This document shows, piece after piece, positions 1-11,157 of a stretch of 64,000 nt of DNA. The position numbers were made by a program, and so were the translations under genes. The first letter of the stretch is position 1. Every line of letters begins with the position of its first letter. Under the pieces are notes generated by a model, which saw nothing but the letters and a program-made list of their open reading frames with translations, was not told where the DNA came from and did not search any database. This DNA comes from Mobula hypostoma (lineage: Eukaryota), in assembly GCF_963921235.1 (NCBI RefSeq), contig NC_086109.1:6822001-6886000 (forward strand). The letters are read 5' to 3'.

Positions 1-1249
1 CATGTGCCTGAGGTCTGTATCATCTGACCCCCCATTTAATTCACCAGACTGAGCATCACCTGTCATTCAAAGAGTCCCTCCTTCCTTTGTCTGCAAAGAA
101 ATGCAAGCAGGCAACCTGTCCTTGAAAGTAACATCAACAATTTGCCTTTGGTCACCACAGCAACTTTCGAGCTGCTCGGTGCTGTCTCCAAACCCAACCC
201 AAATCCAAAGTTACTTCCAATGCCTTAAAGTGACAGTCCAACTGTTAATCTTCATCTCTCTCTCTCTCTCTCTCTCTTTTCAAAAGCACAGTTAATAGGA
301 GTACTCCAGGATCTCCTCACAGTCCAAACCTCTCCCTATAGATACAATCCCTTTCTAAACTCTTCAATCCATTTTCACATTTTAATGAAATGTGTTAATG
401 AAAATGCTAAATATCAAGAAGGGAATAGATAACACCATAAGACATTGGAGCATAATTAGGCCTCTTGGCCCATGGAGTCTGCTCCGCCATTTCATCATGG
501 ATGACCCATCTCCCTCTCAGCCTCAATCTCCTCCCCTCTCCCCGTATCCCTTCACGCACTGACTAGTCAACCATCACCAATGTTATGTTTTGAAACTTCA
601 AAACATTAAACTAATTTAAAAGGAGACATGGGAGTCTGAAGCATGGGACTAACTTCATGTTTACTTTGAGCGAGGTGCACGCATATCATGTGGTAGCACG
701 ATGATGTATGCAATTCACGTATTTATACGTATATGGTAACCTGTAAATGAGTTATTTAAACAAACGGGAATGCTTAATATAAGATAGGATAAGATAAAAC
801 TATTTATCCTGACGGAGATGTAACGTAAAGATTTTTACTCCTCACGTATGTGAAGGATGTAAGAAATAAAGTCAATTCAATTATTGTTGCAAGGTTGTTC
901 AGTCAGAAATATATACTTTAAAATGCAAAATGTAAGCATTGAGGTATGAAAAAATACAAAATATGCATTAAAAATAGAGCAGAATACAGATGTGCAATGA
1001 AACCATATACTTATGGAGGAGGAGTTGTAGGGTCTTATAGCCACAGGGTGAAAGGATCTCCTGTGGCGTTCAGTGGTGAATCTCGGTGGATTCAGTCCGT
1101 TACTAAAGGTGCTCCTCTGTTTGTCCGGCAAGTCATAGAGGGGCCAGAGGGATTGTCCATAACGCTCTGTAGCTTCTGCAGAATCCTCCTCTCCGAGTGT
1201 ACAGCCATGGGCTCAGCACACAGCCCTGGGGGGCACCCATGATGAGAAT

Positions 1250-2250
1250 GATAAGACCATAAGATATAGGAGCAGAAGTAGGCCATTCGGTCCATTGAAT
1301 CTGGTCTGCAATTCAATCATGGGCTGACCCAATTCTTCCAGTCATGCCTTCTCCCTGCCTTTGGCTAATCAAGAACCTATCTATCTCTGCCTTAAATACA
1401 CCCAATGGCTTGGCCTCCACAGCTACTCGTGGCAACAAATTCCATGGATTTACCACCCTCTGACTAAAGTAGTTTCTCCGCATCTCAGTTCTAAAAGGAT
1501 GTTCTTCAATTCTGAAGTCATGCCCTCTTGTCCTAGAATATGGAAATAACTTTGCCATATCTAACCTGTTCAGGCCTTTCGACATTCGGAATGTTTCTAT
1601 GAAATCCCCCCTCATTCTCCTGACTCCAGGGAATACAGCCCAAGAGCTGCCAGATGTTCCTCATGCAGTAACCCTTTCATTCCTGGAATCATTCTTGTGA
1701 ATCTTCTCTGAACTCTCTCCAATGTCAGTATGTCCTTTCTAAAATAAGGAGCCCAAAACTGCACACAATATTCCAAGTGTGGTCTCACGAGTGCCTTATA
1801 GAGCCTCAACATCACATCCCTGCTCTTATATTCTATACCTCTGGAAATGAAAGCCAACAATGCATTTTCCTTCTTCACAACTGACTCAACCTGGAGGTTA
1901 AACTTTAGGGTATCTTGTGCAAGGACACCAAAGTCTCTTTGCATCTCTGCATTTTGAATTCTCTCCCCATCTAAATAATAGTCTGCCCGTTCATTTCTTC
2001 CACCAAAGTGCATGACCATACACTTTCCAACGTTGTATTTCATTTGCCACTTCTTTGCCCATTCCCCTCAACTATCTAAGTCTCTCTGTTTCCTCAACAC
2101 TACCCGCTCCTCCACCTATCTTTGTATCATCAGCAAATTTAGCCACAAATCCATTGATACCGTAGTCCAAATCATTGACATACACCGTAAAAAGCAGCGG
2201 TCCCAACACCGACCCCTGTGGAACTCCACTGGTAACCGGCAGCCAGGTAG
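1250..2250 (-). mobile_element. CR1-type LINE 3' fragment (degenerate RT C-terminus)
   Basis: Minus-strand ORFs contain SGVPQGSVLGPLLF, KFADDTK, LYKALVRPHLEYCVQFWAP and RTRGH, all typical of CR1 ORF2. The frame is broken by shifts. Confidence 0.85.
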
Positions 2251-3207
2251 GGCTTGTGACTGTGGCAGGAAGCCAGAGGAGCCAGAGGAAAACCCACACA
2301 GCTGGACAGAGACTCCTTACAGACCGGTGCCAGAATTGAACTCTGAACTCTGGGTTGTGCGGATCTGTAACAGTGTCACACTAACCGCTATGCTACCGTG
2401 GCACCCATTTTGTGTGGGTTGCTCAAGTCAGGTGTTGGAGTCTCTGAGCATTGGGACAGCAGTGCAGTGTTGTTGGTCTTGTTCCAGTCACCGTGGTTTG
2501 CTCTGTTATTTACGCGCTGTGACCCTGCCAAAGAGCATGTCAAAAGCTCCATACCGGTTTCTTTCAGCCAAACATTCTCACACGGTGCAGTGCCCAGAAT
2601 TAGGGCAAACCTCTCTCCAACAGGTTACCATTTACCTGTTGTTAATCACTGATGAAGTTAGGGACATCCAAGACGTTCAACCATTAAGAAGCAATCGCAC
2701 ACATCCCGATCTTGGCTCCAGTCTGTCCCTTTGCCTCAGAACACAGAAAGATTAAAGATCCTTTTTAAAGATTATCTTTATTTGCCACATGTACATTGAA
2801 ACATACAGTGAGATGCATCGTTTGCACTAAATCAGTGAGGATTGAGCTGGGCAAGTGTCACTAGCTTTCAGTGCAACATAGCATGCCCACAACATACTCA
2901 CCTTAACTCATACGTCTTGCAATGTGGGAGGAAATGCACACAGTCACAGGGAGAACACACAAACTCCTTAAAGGCAGTGGTGGGAATTGAACTCTGATAG
3001 GTGAAAGCTGGCACTGTGAAACTATGCGCTAACCATGCTGAACAGCACAAGAACAGGCACTTTGGTCTTTTATGTCTGCACTGACTATGACATTGATCTA
3101 AATGCATCTACTTGACTGCATGTAGGCTATCTCACTCTGCCCCTGTGTCTATCTAAATACTTCATAAATGTTGCTGTTGTATCTGCTTCCACTGCCCACC
3201 TTGGCGA

Positions 3208-3827
3208 CAGTGTTTCCTCTAAGGTGAGAGTGCCCACACGTCTTTTGCTGCTAGCGCACAAGGGAATTTAAACTGCCCACCAAAGGTTGCCATCCTTCAC
3301 CTCGTTGGCATGTTAAGTATATTTCACGATCGTAAACAATCACATTTCCTTCTCCGGTTTCTGATGCGGATGGTGCTGACAATGTGGAGTTTCCAGTGAT
3401 TTGTCTGCAGGTTTTAGAACTGGTTTAATTAAACTGTTTTTATTGAAGTTATTATTGATTCACTATGTCAAAGAAGCAAAGGACATGAGGTACAAAAGAA
3501 CTGCTAGTTCATTGAAAGCGGAATGGCTTAATGAAACAGTAGAAACTGCTACACTGAAAACTCTTGAGGTCAGGAACGTGCAGTTACTAAAATACTTATG
3601 TACAATACAGAAACTGGTGCTACCTGTGTATATTGTCATGATGTCAATGTTCAAATGATCAAACCCAGAGGAGATCAAAGTTCCTACTGAAAGTGTTTTG
3701 CTAGCTGTTAAAATAAAACGCTCTATATATAGAATTCAGCATGGATATGTTGTTGTCATTGGACAAAAAAATTGCACAGCACATGATTTTTGTACACACT
3801 GATCATTACAAATTAGTGGGAACATTG
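3208..3827 (+). mobile_element. Internally deleted hAT-like DNA transposon
   Basis: Imperfect terminal inverted repeats CAGTGTTTCCTCTAA / TTAGTGGGAACATTG. Near-identical 8-mers flank it: cttggcga on the left and cttggcgg on the right, after 4 extra bases. Confidence 0.55.
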
Positions 3828-3967
3828 ATTGCTTGGCGGCCACTCACCACTGTCTGTGTAAAAAATAATTGACTCCTTTATATTTTCCCTCTCTCATATT
3901 AAAGCTATGTCCTTGACATTACCACCCTGAGAAAAAGACTCTATCAGCCGTGTCTATGCCTCACATA

Positions 3968-4282
3968 TTTCAATTCAATTCAAGTTTAATTGTCATTCAA
4001 CCATACATGAATACAGCCAAAGGAGACAGCGTTACTCCTGGGTCAAGATGCAAAACATAATACCAACAGTCACACTCAGCATAAAGCACATATAGCACAT
4101 ACAAGGCAGCAGGCACAAATGGTATGTCCATCATGCCATAAGAGTCAAAAACTCGCACCATGAATCCACAGTCGACTACAATAGAGCCCGTCTCCTCCAA
4201 CCTGAACACTCCGCCACGACCCCTCCCCCCAAGGCAACACTGCAGCTTGAGGCCCAGTCTTCGCACATACAAGACAATACGC
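3968..4282 (-). mobile_element. 5'-truncated non-LTR-derived element with (TTGAA)n tail
   Basis: On the minus strand it ends in acaattaaacttgaattgaattg, and it abuts the truncated Ig-gene copy at 4283. Confidence 0.5.
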
Positions 4283-4395
4283 CCATCTGGGCAAGGACTA
4301 TGAATCCTCTCCATCTCCGGAGTTGCATGTTCCTGTGGAGGAAACAATGGGACACCACAGAGCACTACAGAACAGGAAAAGGCCCTTTCACCCCT
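4283..4395 (-). pseudogene. Truncated inverted copy of the splice acceptor, start codon and first ~15 codons of the secreted Ig-V gene
   Basis: The reverse complement reads gtcccattgtttcctccacag|gaacATGCAACTCCGGAGATGGAGAGGATTCATAGTCCTTGCCCAGATGG and matches 9721-9791. Protein MQLRRWRGFIVLAQM compares with MSLQRWIGFIVLAQM. The ATG is at 4328 and the AG acceptor at 4334-4333. Confidence 0.8.
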
Positions 4396-4529
4396 GAAAG
4401 ACTTGAGTCAACATTCAACGTTTTGGAAAGGTCTTGGTCAGATGCTACCTGGCCTGCTGAGTTCCTCCAGCATTTTGCATGTGTTGCCAGTGCTTTGCTC
4501 GTGATGAACCCAGGCTGCATACATTACTT

Positions 4530-5930
4530 TTTATAGGACATTCTGCTCAAGGGCATTGGTGTCTCCATACCAGGCCATGATGTAGACAATCAATATTCTC
4601 TCCACCACACATCTATAGAAGTTTGTCAAAGTTTTAGATGTCATGCCAAACCTTCACAAACTTCTAAGGAGGAAGAGGTACTACTGTGCTTTCTTTTTAA
4701 TTGCATTTAAGTGGTGAGGCCTGAACTGCTCCTCGAAATTGATAACACAGAGGAACTTAAATTTGCTGATCCTCTCCTCCTCTGATCCCCCGATGAGAAC
4801 TGGCTCAAGGACTCCGGTTTCCTTCTCCTGAAGTCAATAACCAGCTCCTTGATCTTGCAGACATTGAGTGAGGGGTTGTTGGTATGCTGCCACTCAGCCA
4901 GATTTTCAATCTCCCTCCTTTCATCGCCACCTTTGCTTCGGCCCTCAACAGCAAACTTAAATATGGCATTGGAGCTTAGCCACACAGCCATAGTGTAAAG
5001 TGAGCAGAGCAGGGGGCTAAACACACAGCCTCGTGATGCACCTGTGCTGATGGAGATTGTGGAGAAACGTTGTTGCCAATCCAAACTGATTAGGGTCTGC
5101 AAGTGAAGAAATCAAGGTTCCAATTGCACAAGGAAACATTGAGGTCAAGGCCTTGAAGCTTATTGATTAATTTTGAGGGTTTGATAGTATTGAATGTCAA
5201 GCTGTATTCGATAAAGAGCATCTTTGCTCTCCACATATCCAAGGTTGAGTAAAGAGCCAATGAAATGGTATCTGCTGTGGCTCTGTTGCTCTGGTAGGCA
5301 AATTGGAGTAGATCCAAGTCATTTCTCAAGGCAGGAGTTGATATGTTCCCATCACCAACTTCTCAAAACACTTTATCACTGTGAATGTAAGTGCCACTGG
5401 ATGATAGTCATTGAGGTAGATTGGCACGTTCTTCTCAGGCACCGAAGCCTGTTTGAAGCGGATGGGTACCCCAGACTGCCAAAGTGAGAGTGTAATGGTC
5501 TCAGTGAACACTCTAGCCAGAAGATCAGCACAGGTCTTTAGTACTCAGCCAGGTACCCCATCTGGGCTGGATGCTTTCTGTGTGTTCACCCCCTGAAGGA
5601 TGCTCTTATGTTGACCTCAGAGACTGAAATCACAGGGTCATCGGGGGGGGGGCGGGGGGTGTGTGTGGGAGTTCATGATGATTCCTCCATGTTTTGACTG
5701 TGGAAGTAGGCATAGAAGGCAACGAACACATCTGGAATCGAAGCCTTGCTGTCACCTGTGTTACTTACTATCACTTTGTAAGAGGTGATAGCATTCAAGC
5801 CCTGCCACAGCTGTCAAGCATCTTTTATTGATTTAAGTTTAATCCAGAATTACCACTTTGCCCGTGAGATATTGTACCTGAGCCTCTCGTAACTTTCTTG
5901 GTCACTAGACTTGAATGCTTCTGATCCGGT
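4530..5930 (-). mobile_element. Rex1/Babar-like LINE RT fragment (degenerate)
   Basis: Minus ORFs contain NDYHPVALTFTVIKCFEKLV, LQFAYQSNRATADTISLAL, STGASRGCVFSPLL and KELVIDFRR. Confidence 0.75.
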
Positions 5931-5963
5931 CCGCAGCAGATTGTGTATTGTATATATCCCTCC

Positions 5964-5964
<1 letters not shown>

Positions 5965-6022
<58 letters not shown>
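5965..6022. repeat. (TG)n microsatellite, ~29 units
   Basis: Perfect TG run visible in the sequence. Confidence 0.97.
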
Positions 6023-6024
<2 letters not shown>

Positions 6025-6522
6025 TTCTCTCTCTATATCTCCATCACTCTTTCTCCCTGTGTATCCCTCCATCTCCCTCGCTCCCTCCCTCTTTCTCTCT
6101 CTCTCTCTTTGTTTCCCTCTCTCTCCAAATCTGCCAACCTTTGTGGAACTTCGGAAAGAGGGAAGGGGGCAGGTGGTGGGGGTGAGAGGAACTTCCAGTG
6201 GCCTTCTGGCTGGACCTGGTCAGTCACCGCATCAGTGATAAACGCTTGGGAAACATCAGTCCCATTTTGGGCTCTGGATGCATCTATTCTGAATCCTCTT
6301 TAACAGGCACATTTCCTTGGAGATAATGATCTCAGGGCCACACAGCTTTGTTATGAAGCACTGAACCCTCCAACAGTTCCAGCTCTGAATGGAAGTCACA
6401 GCCGAAAACGATGCAGGTACCTGGGTACGAGTGGTGATGTGGTGTGGTTTGTAAGGTCTGGTTCAGTGGGTGGCCAGGTTGAGACAGGGTGGAGACATTA
6501 CCAGGATGTGTATTGTACTGAG

Positions 6523-6691
6523 GTTAACATTGACCTTGTTAACCATTAATTTTAAAGGCTCACTTACAACAGAGACACCAGGGCTAACTTTGTCCAATGG
6601 CCCCGTTCATGGTCACGATTGGTAGAAAGACTCAGAGCAGAGCCAATGAGGTTCTGCAGAGTGTGCAGAGCTGCACAGGCAGGGTATAAAA
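6523..6691 (+). promoter_or_regulatory. Candidate Pol II promoter: HNF1-like sites, HNF4-like site, CCAAT boxes, TATA box
   Basis: GTTAACATTGAC 6523-6534 and GTTAACCATTAAT 6538-6550 (HNF1-like). TAACTTTGTCCA 6585-6596 (HNF4-like, CAAAGT core on minus). CCAAT 6594-6598, ATTGG 6618-6622, CCAAT 6643-6647, TATAAAA 6685-6691. Confidence 0.55.
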
Positions 6692-6714
6692 GGCCAAAGT
6701 CATCACTGAAGGGG

Positions 6715-6760
6715 TGAACAAGACTAACCACATCGCCCTGCATTGAGGCCCAGGAAAAAG
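6715..6760 (+). other. Candidate non-coding first exon of the secreted Ig-V gene
   Basis: Starts ~25-30 nt after the TATA box (start approximate), has no ATG, and ends in donor AAG|GTAATA at 6760/6761. Confidence 0.45.
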
Positions 6761-8011
6761 GTAATACCAATCAAGATTCCTTCAAGTGTTTCTGATAGTT
6801 GGTTGGATTGTCTCTGTGGTTCATTTTTATTCCCCCAGTCATGGTTTGGTTCATTGGTACAGACCCTCTCTTGATTACCCTTGTTGGTGAAACTCTGTCC
6901 AAACTCATTGTCGTCTCAGAGCTAAAACTGGTCGATGTTTCTCTTAATGTGCGTTCAATGGTCGATGGCACAAATCCATCACCAACTGAACACCGACATA
7001 ATCTGCTCAGAACTGAGATTTTGGGAAGGAGGGGAAATCACATCATGCCCTCCAGCTGGGAGGCAATTTAGCATTTTGAAGGACAAGGATGTATCAATCC
7101 TGGTGTCATCTTGACGTGGCCATTTATAGACAGGGTGTTTTACATTGAATCTGCTCAGACTGTGTCGATGGGTGTCAATCGCCCTTACACCATGGAAACA
7201 GCTGAAACTTGCTGGATCTGACCAAGTGTTCGATGTAAGTTTGGATGAGAACATCAACAATCTTGGAGATAAATTTGATTTGCTTGACCCTGAATTCCGG
7301 ACCTAACATGAAATGCATGATGATGAGATCAGTAGTGATGTACAAAGCAACGTATTTATCCCACAGTTAGATCAGCTCCACAACTAGGGAACATCAAATG
7401 GGGTCAACCTATGAGTTACATCAACTGACTGATCATTGGGATATGACATTGTAGTTGTACAAGACGTTAGTGAGATAGCAGTTGGCTGTTGGCGTAACCA
7501 GCACATTTCACTGTATGTTTCCATGAACGTGAAATCAGTGTTAGTTACCCTGTTACAGGAGAGACATCTGCATACTGGAAAGAATGCAGAGGATGTTGCC
7601 AGAACGTGAGGGCATGACTTATAGGGCAGGGCAGGACTTCATTCTTTTGAATATAGGGGGTTGAGGAATGAACTCGCCTCTAATCCTCAACTAGACTAAA
7701 CTAAAAGTAAGACAAAGCATGAATACGTAACTATACTTGTTTGCTTCTACGACGGCACAAGTCATATGTCAGATTACCATAATAAACGCGTCACAAAATG
7801 CAATGCACACAGAAAATTAATACGTGGATCCTAGAGGACTTGGGGAACTGAGAATGGGGAAATGTTGAATAGGTTAAGACTTAATTGCCTGGAACATGGG
7901 AGAACAAGGAGAGATGTGATAGAAGTATACAAAATTACGAGGGGTAAGGATAGCATAAATGCAAGCAAGCTTTTTTCACTGAGGTTGGGTTAGACTAGAA
8001 CTAGAGGTCAT

Positions 8012-8826
8012 CAATACGGGGCTACGGTAGGAAACTTTGTCACATGGTGTGAGCAGAATTATCTGCAGCTTAATGTGAAAAAGACTAAGGAGCTGGTGGT
8101 AGACCTGAGGAGAGCTAAGGTACCGGTGATCCCTGTTTCCATCCAGGGGGTCAGTGTGGACATGGTGGAGGATTACAAATACCTGAGGATACGAATTGAC
8201 AATAAACTGGACTGGTCAAAGAACACTCAGGCTGTCTACAAGAGGGGTCAGAGCCGTCTCTATTTCCTGAGGAGACTGAGGTCCTTTAACATCTGTTGGA
8301 CGATGCTGAGGATGTTCTACGAGTCTGTGGTGGCCAGTGCGATCATGTTTGCTGTCGTGTGCTGGGGCAGCAGGCTGAGGGTAGCAGACACCAACAGAAT
8401 CAACAAACTCATTTGTAAGGCCAGTGATGTTGTGGGGATGGAACTGGACTCTCTGACGGTGGTGTCTGAAAAGAGGATGCTGTCTAAGTTGCATGCCATC
8501 TTGGACAATGTCTCCCATCCACTACATAATGTACTGGGTGGGCACAGGAGTACATTCAGCCAGAGACTCATTCCACTGAGATGCAACACTGAGCGTCATA
8601 GGAAGTCATTCCTGCCTGTGGCCATCAAACTTTACAACTCCTCCCTTGGAGGGTCAGACATCCTGAGCCAATAGGCTGGTCCTGGACTTATTTCCTGGCA
8701 TAATTTACATATTATTATTTAATTATTTATGGTTTTATATTGCTATATCCATACTCTATTGTTGGTTGGTGCAACTGTAACGAAACCCAATTTCCCTCGG
8801 TATAAATAAAGTATGACTATGACTAT
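8012..8826 (+). mobile_element. Rex1/Babar-like LINE 3' end with (GACTAT)n tail
   Basis: ORF 8075-8674 has KTKELVVDLRR, YKYL, QSRLYFLRRLRSF, SHPLH and [10 protein letters not shown]. It is followed by AATAAA and gactatgactat. A shorter copy of the family lies on the minus strand at ~50087-50330. Confidence 0.85.
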
Positions 8827-9745
8827 GAAAGTTGCTGCTCAAAGTAGCAGCACAAGTTGATGGGGTGGATCAGGAGGTGTATGGTGTGTTAGTCAGGGGA
8901 TTGAGTTCGAGAGCGGCAATGTAACGTTGCAGCTTTATAAAATCCTGGTTAGATCACACTTGGAGTATTGTGTTCAGTTCTGGTCGCCTCATTACAGGAA
9001 GGATGTGGAAGCTTTAGGAGAGGGTGCAGAGGAGACTTACTAGGATGCTGCCTGAATTAAGAGAGCATCTCTATGAGGCATAGATCGAGTGGACAGCCGG
9101 GGGCATTTTCCCAGGGTGGAGAAGACAATACGAGGGAGCATAATTTTAAGGTGACTGGAAAATGTCAGAGGTAGTTTCTGTACACAGAGAGAGGTGGGTT
9201 TATGAAACATTCTGCCAGGGAGTGGTGGTAGGGGCAGATATATCAGGGAAATTTAAGAAAATTTTAGGTAGGCACATAGATGAGAGAAAAATGGATGGCT
9301 ATGTGGGAGGAAAGGATTAGGCTGACTTTAGATTAGGTTAAAAGGTTGGCATGGCACCATGGGTGATGTGCTGTAATATTCTTTATTAAGGGTGAAATGT
9401 GAAATATTTTTAGGAGCACATGAGGGGGAACTTCACTCAGAATGTTGTGACAGTGTGGAAGTGGCCTATGCAGGTTTGATTTCAAGATTTAAAAGAAGTT
9501 TGGATAAATCTGTGGATGGGAGAGGTACAGAGAGCTATGGTCTAGATGAGGAGATCCAACCTGGGTCCAAGGATCCCTCGGTTAATGGTAGGGGTTCCAT
9601 GGCATAAAAAATGTTGGGAATCCCTGGTCCAGATGAGCTCAGATTAATAGTTTGGCACAGGTTAGGGGCAGAAGGGCCTTTTCCTGTGCTGTACTGTTCT
9701 ATGCTCTATGACTCTAAGGTGTCCCATTGTTTCCTCCACAGGAAC

Positions 9746-10291
9746 ATGTCACTCCAGAGATGGATAGGATTCATAGTCCTTGCCCAGATGGTCTGGGGAT
9801 TCACTGGAACTGTACTAGCCGTGACAGAGCAGAAGAAAGGTGTGGTCATCAGAACACAGAAGGAAAGAGAATTGGCGGAGAAGACAAATCCTCTCAGGAG
9901 GAATGGAATGCCGGCCAATGCCAAAGGGATTTATCAATGCTTACATGATGTAGGCTCATATGTGACTGTCTATGAACAGGTCACGGTGCCTCAGGGTGGG
10001 AGTGCAATATTATCCTGTAAATTTTGGCCAGCACGCTACCCCCTGTCATATACGAAGGCTGAGTGGAAAAAATGGGGGATGATCTTGGCCGAATATGATT
10101 CAAAGAAGGGAGTGGATTATCCCATGGGGATCGAGCGCATACGGTTCACACAAGCAAACGTGGCTGATGCTTTAGATGCCTCTCTGTTTATACAGGATAT
10201 ACAGAAGGCAGATGCTGGGGAATATTTCTGTATTTGGTCCATGTTTCCTGGAGGCACTTGTACAGCAAAGACGTGGCTGAACGTGCATTAG
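9746..10291 (+). CDS. Secreted single Ig V-set domain protein, nectin/PVR/TIGIT-like (181 aa, single coding exon)
   Basis: Acceptor ttgtttcctccacag at 9741 lies 4 nt before ATG 9746. Hydrophobic leader MSLQRWIGFIVLAQMVWGFTGTVLA. V-set hallmarks: LSC (Cys 10016), Trp (10064), DASLFI and DAGEYFC (Cys 10229). AX6G motif AEYDSKKG and MFPGG. Stop TAG directly after LNVH, with no TM segment. Possible polyA signal ATTAAA at 10390-10395. Confidence 0.78.
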   Translation: MSLQRWIGFIVLAQMVWGFTGTVLAVTEQKKGVVIRTQKERELAEKTNPLRRNGMPANAKGIYQCLHDVGSYVTVYEQVTVPQGGSAILSCKFWPARYPLSYTKAEWKKWGMILAEYDSKKGVDYPMGIERIRFTQANVADALDASLFIQDIQKADAGEYFCIWSMFPGGTCTAKTWLNVH

Positions 10292-10929
10292 CACAGTTGA
10301 TCCCTGCACTCGCTGGATTCAAGAGGCAGAGAGCTGAGGGGACAGTCTCGGGGGTGGGGGGACACACATCTATGTAATTACACGTGTACATTAAACAACG
10401 GCTGCCATTATAAACGTGACCTACTTGGGAACCACCAATTTGAGGACAATTGTTATGTATTAGAGATATTGGAGAATACCGTGGAGTTCATGTTGAGGTT
10501 CAACCATGATTGCTTTTAATGAGAGAACAGCCTTGCTGAGTCAGAGAACACAGAAACAGGCCCTTTGGCCCATTTATCCATGCTGAACTTATTCTGCCCA
10601 GTTCCATCTCTAACATTGTCTTCCATAGCCCTTCTATCCATGAATGCATCCAAACTTCTCTTAAATCTTGCAATCAAACCTGCATCCACCAGCTCTGCTG
10701 GCAGTTTGTTCCACACTCACACAACCTCTGAGTGAATGCGTTTCCCCGCAAGCTCCCTTTAAATATTTCACCTTTCATGCTTAATGCATAGAGTCATAGA
10801 AAAGTACAGCACAGAAACAAGGCTTTTGGCCCTTCTAGTCCATGCTGAGCCACTTAATCTGCCTACTCCCATCGACCTGTACCGGGACCATAGCCCTCCA
10901 TACATCTACCATCTATGTATCTGTCCAGG

Positions 10930-11157
10930 GGAGGGAGGGAACGTCGACTCAGACCATGAGAGGCCTGCATCAGGCATTTTCATGCCTTACAAGATACAGA
11001 TTGGAAGTCTGTGTGGGGCACCACTCCTCGCACAGACACTAGAGCAATGTGAGGTTAAGTGCCTTGCTCAAGGACACAAACATGCTGTCACAGCTGAGGC
11101 TCGAACTAGTGTCCTTCAGGTCACTAGACGAACGCCTTAACCACTTGGCCATGTGCC
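10930..11157 (-). mobile_element. tRNA-derived SINE
   Basis: The minus strand begins tggccaagtggttaaggcgttcgtctagtgacctgaagg...ttcgagcc (A/B-box head), then gtgtccttgagcaaggcacttaacc. The head is the same as at 18211. Confidence 0.7.

Noticed and set aside
2012..2755. 247-aa plus-strand ORF
   Set aside because: It is antisense to CR1 and runs through a SINE, with no recognisable domain. I also checked the opposite strand for the missing half of the Ig paralog and did not find it.
8075..8674. 199-aa ORF as a host gene
   Set aside because: It is the C-terminal part of a Rex/Babar LINE ORF2 with a LINE tail.
9611..9745. N-terminal 45 aa of the 226-aa ORF
   Set aside because: It derives from MITE/CR1 remnants and a polypyrimidine tract. 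The acceptor at 9741 and the signal peptide from ATG 9746 fit better.
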